Assembly: GCA_963780185.1 (NCBI GenBank)
Contig: CAWABA010000006.1
Coordinates: 608,001-672,000, forward strand
From: Candidatus Bathyarchaeota archaeon
GTDB taxonomy: Archaea; Thermoproteota; Bathyarchaeia; Bathyarchaeales; Bathycorpusculaceae
Reading direction: 5' to 3'
Length of the DNA: 64,000 nucleotides
The translations under genes and the position numbers were made by a program. The notes below the pieces were generated by a model that was not told the DNA's origin, ran no database searches, and was given only the letters and a program-made list of their open reading frames with translations. Numbering within the stretch: position 1 is the stretch's first letter; every line of letters starts with the position of its first letter. Positions 63,289 through 64,000 of the stretch are shown one piece after another.

Positions 63289-63718
63289 TTATTGGCTTAG
63301 ACTGCCAACATCATCTGCTATGCCCTTGACGAAAATTACCCTGAAAATGAAAAACTCGAGGTAACTTGTTTTTCACTTTATCTCCTGACAATAGGATTGC
63401 CCTAAACCCAACAACGCTCCATGAGGCATACCATACATTGGTTTATAGCCAGAAATGGATTTCCAGAGGACGCTGCCAAGGAATTAAAATTACTGCTCAA
63501 GCATCGAATACACTGTATTTTTTAACCAAACAAGAAAAAACTGCACCATAGCCCTCAACTTATCTGTCCATTATAAGATGGGCGGAAGAGACGCCCTCAT
63601 CATAGCCAACTTCGTAGCAAACAAAATACCGCTCATGTACACTCATGACAAAGAGATTCTAAAAATATGAAAAATCACATGGAAAAAAAGTAGTTTAACA
63701 TTCAAGGATCCGCTAACT
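63285..63718 (+). CDS. PIN/VapC toxin, multiply frameshifted; end approximate
   Basis: IGLD.NIICYAL, LHEAYH, GGRDALIIA, YTHD across frames; ATGA overlap with AbrB. Confidence 0.65.
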
Positions 63719-64000
63719 GAAAACCAAAGAATCCTGAAATCGGGAACATAAAAAAATAGGGAAAAGTGTATTTGGCGGGTCAAAGCACGTTTCGGCTCAG
63801 ACGCGCAGGGGTCTTGTGTTTGGGCTAAGTAGCCTCCGTGTCTTGCCAATGTTGACCCAGCCAAACGTTTTCCCTCTAAGGGGCGTTTTTCCCGTTTTAG
63901 TTGTAGCGGAATCTTTGGATAAAGGGGTTTTTGATGGTTTTTTTGTACTTCGAAGTTTAAGAAAATTAATCGCGCAAAAAAACAATGGCAGCTAGAGGAG

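Overview
Archaeal chromosome segment, probably Bathyarchaeia; this is inferred from archaeal-type alaS, tiaS, TFS, TATA-box promoters and the surface-protein repertoire. It is mostly housekeeping genes (pyrB, galT, nadA, nikR plus a NiCoT transporter, pyrG, tiaS, alaS, grpE-dnaK, dnaJ, asnS, hisS) interspersed with secreted/surface proteins, small regulators and TA modules. Many single-base frameshifts, including in essential genes, look like long-read consensus errors. Main unexplained structures: (1) a 231-bp inverted duplication (43025-43255 / 49188-49418) bracketing 6 kb that holds an orphan terminase small/large pair; the outer 77 bp shows compensatory base changes typical of a structured RNA and points outward into TA and restriction cargo. 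(2) A five-site palindromic upstream element (TGTnnnnGT-N6-ACAGTCACA plus TATA) in front of regulators and of two related hairpin RNAs with a conserved CU-rich loop, a candidate new sRNA family. (3) An operon joining a 7-Cys double-cubane-type protein to a BzdP/BzdQ-like ATPase pair, a ferredoxin and a membrane polyferredoxin. (4) A second operator motif in front of two surface-protein genes, and a candidate NikR operator. No rRNA, tRNA or CRISPR array was found. All alignments and folds were done by eye; no searches were run.
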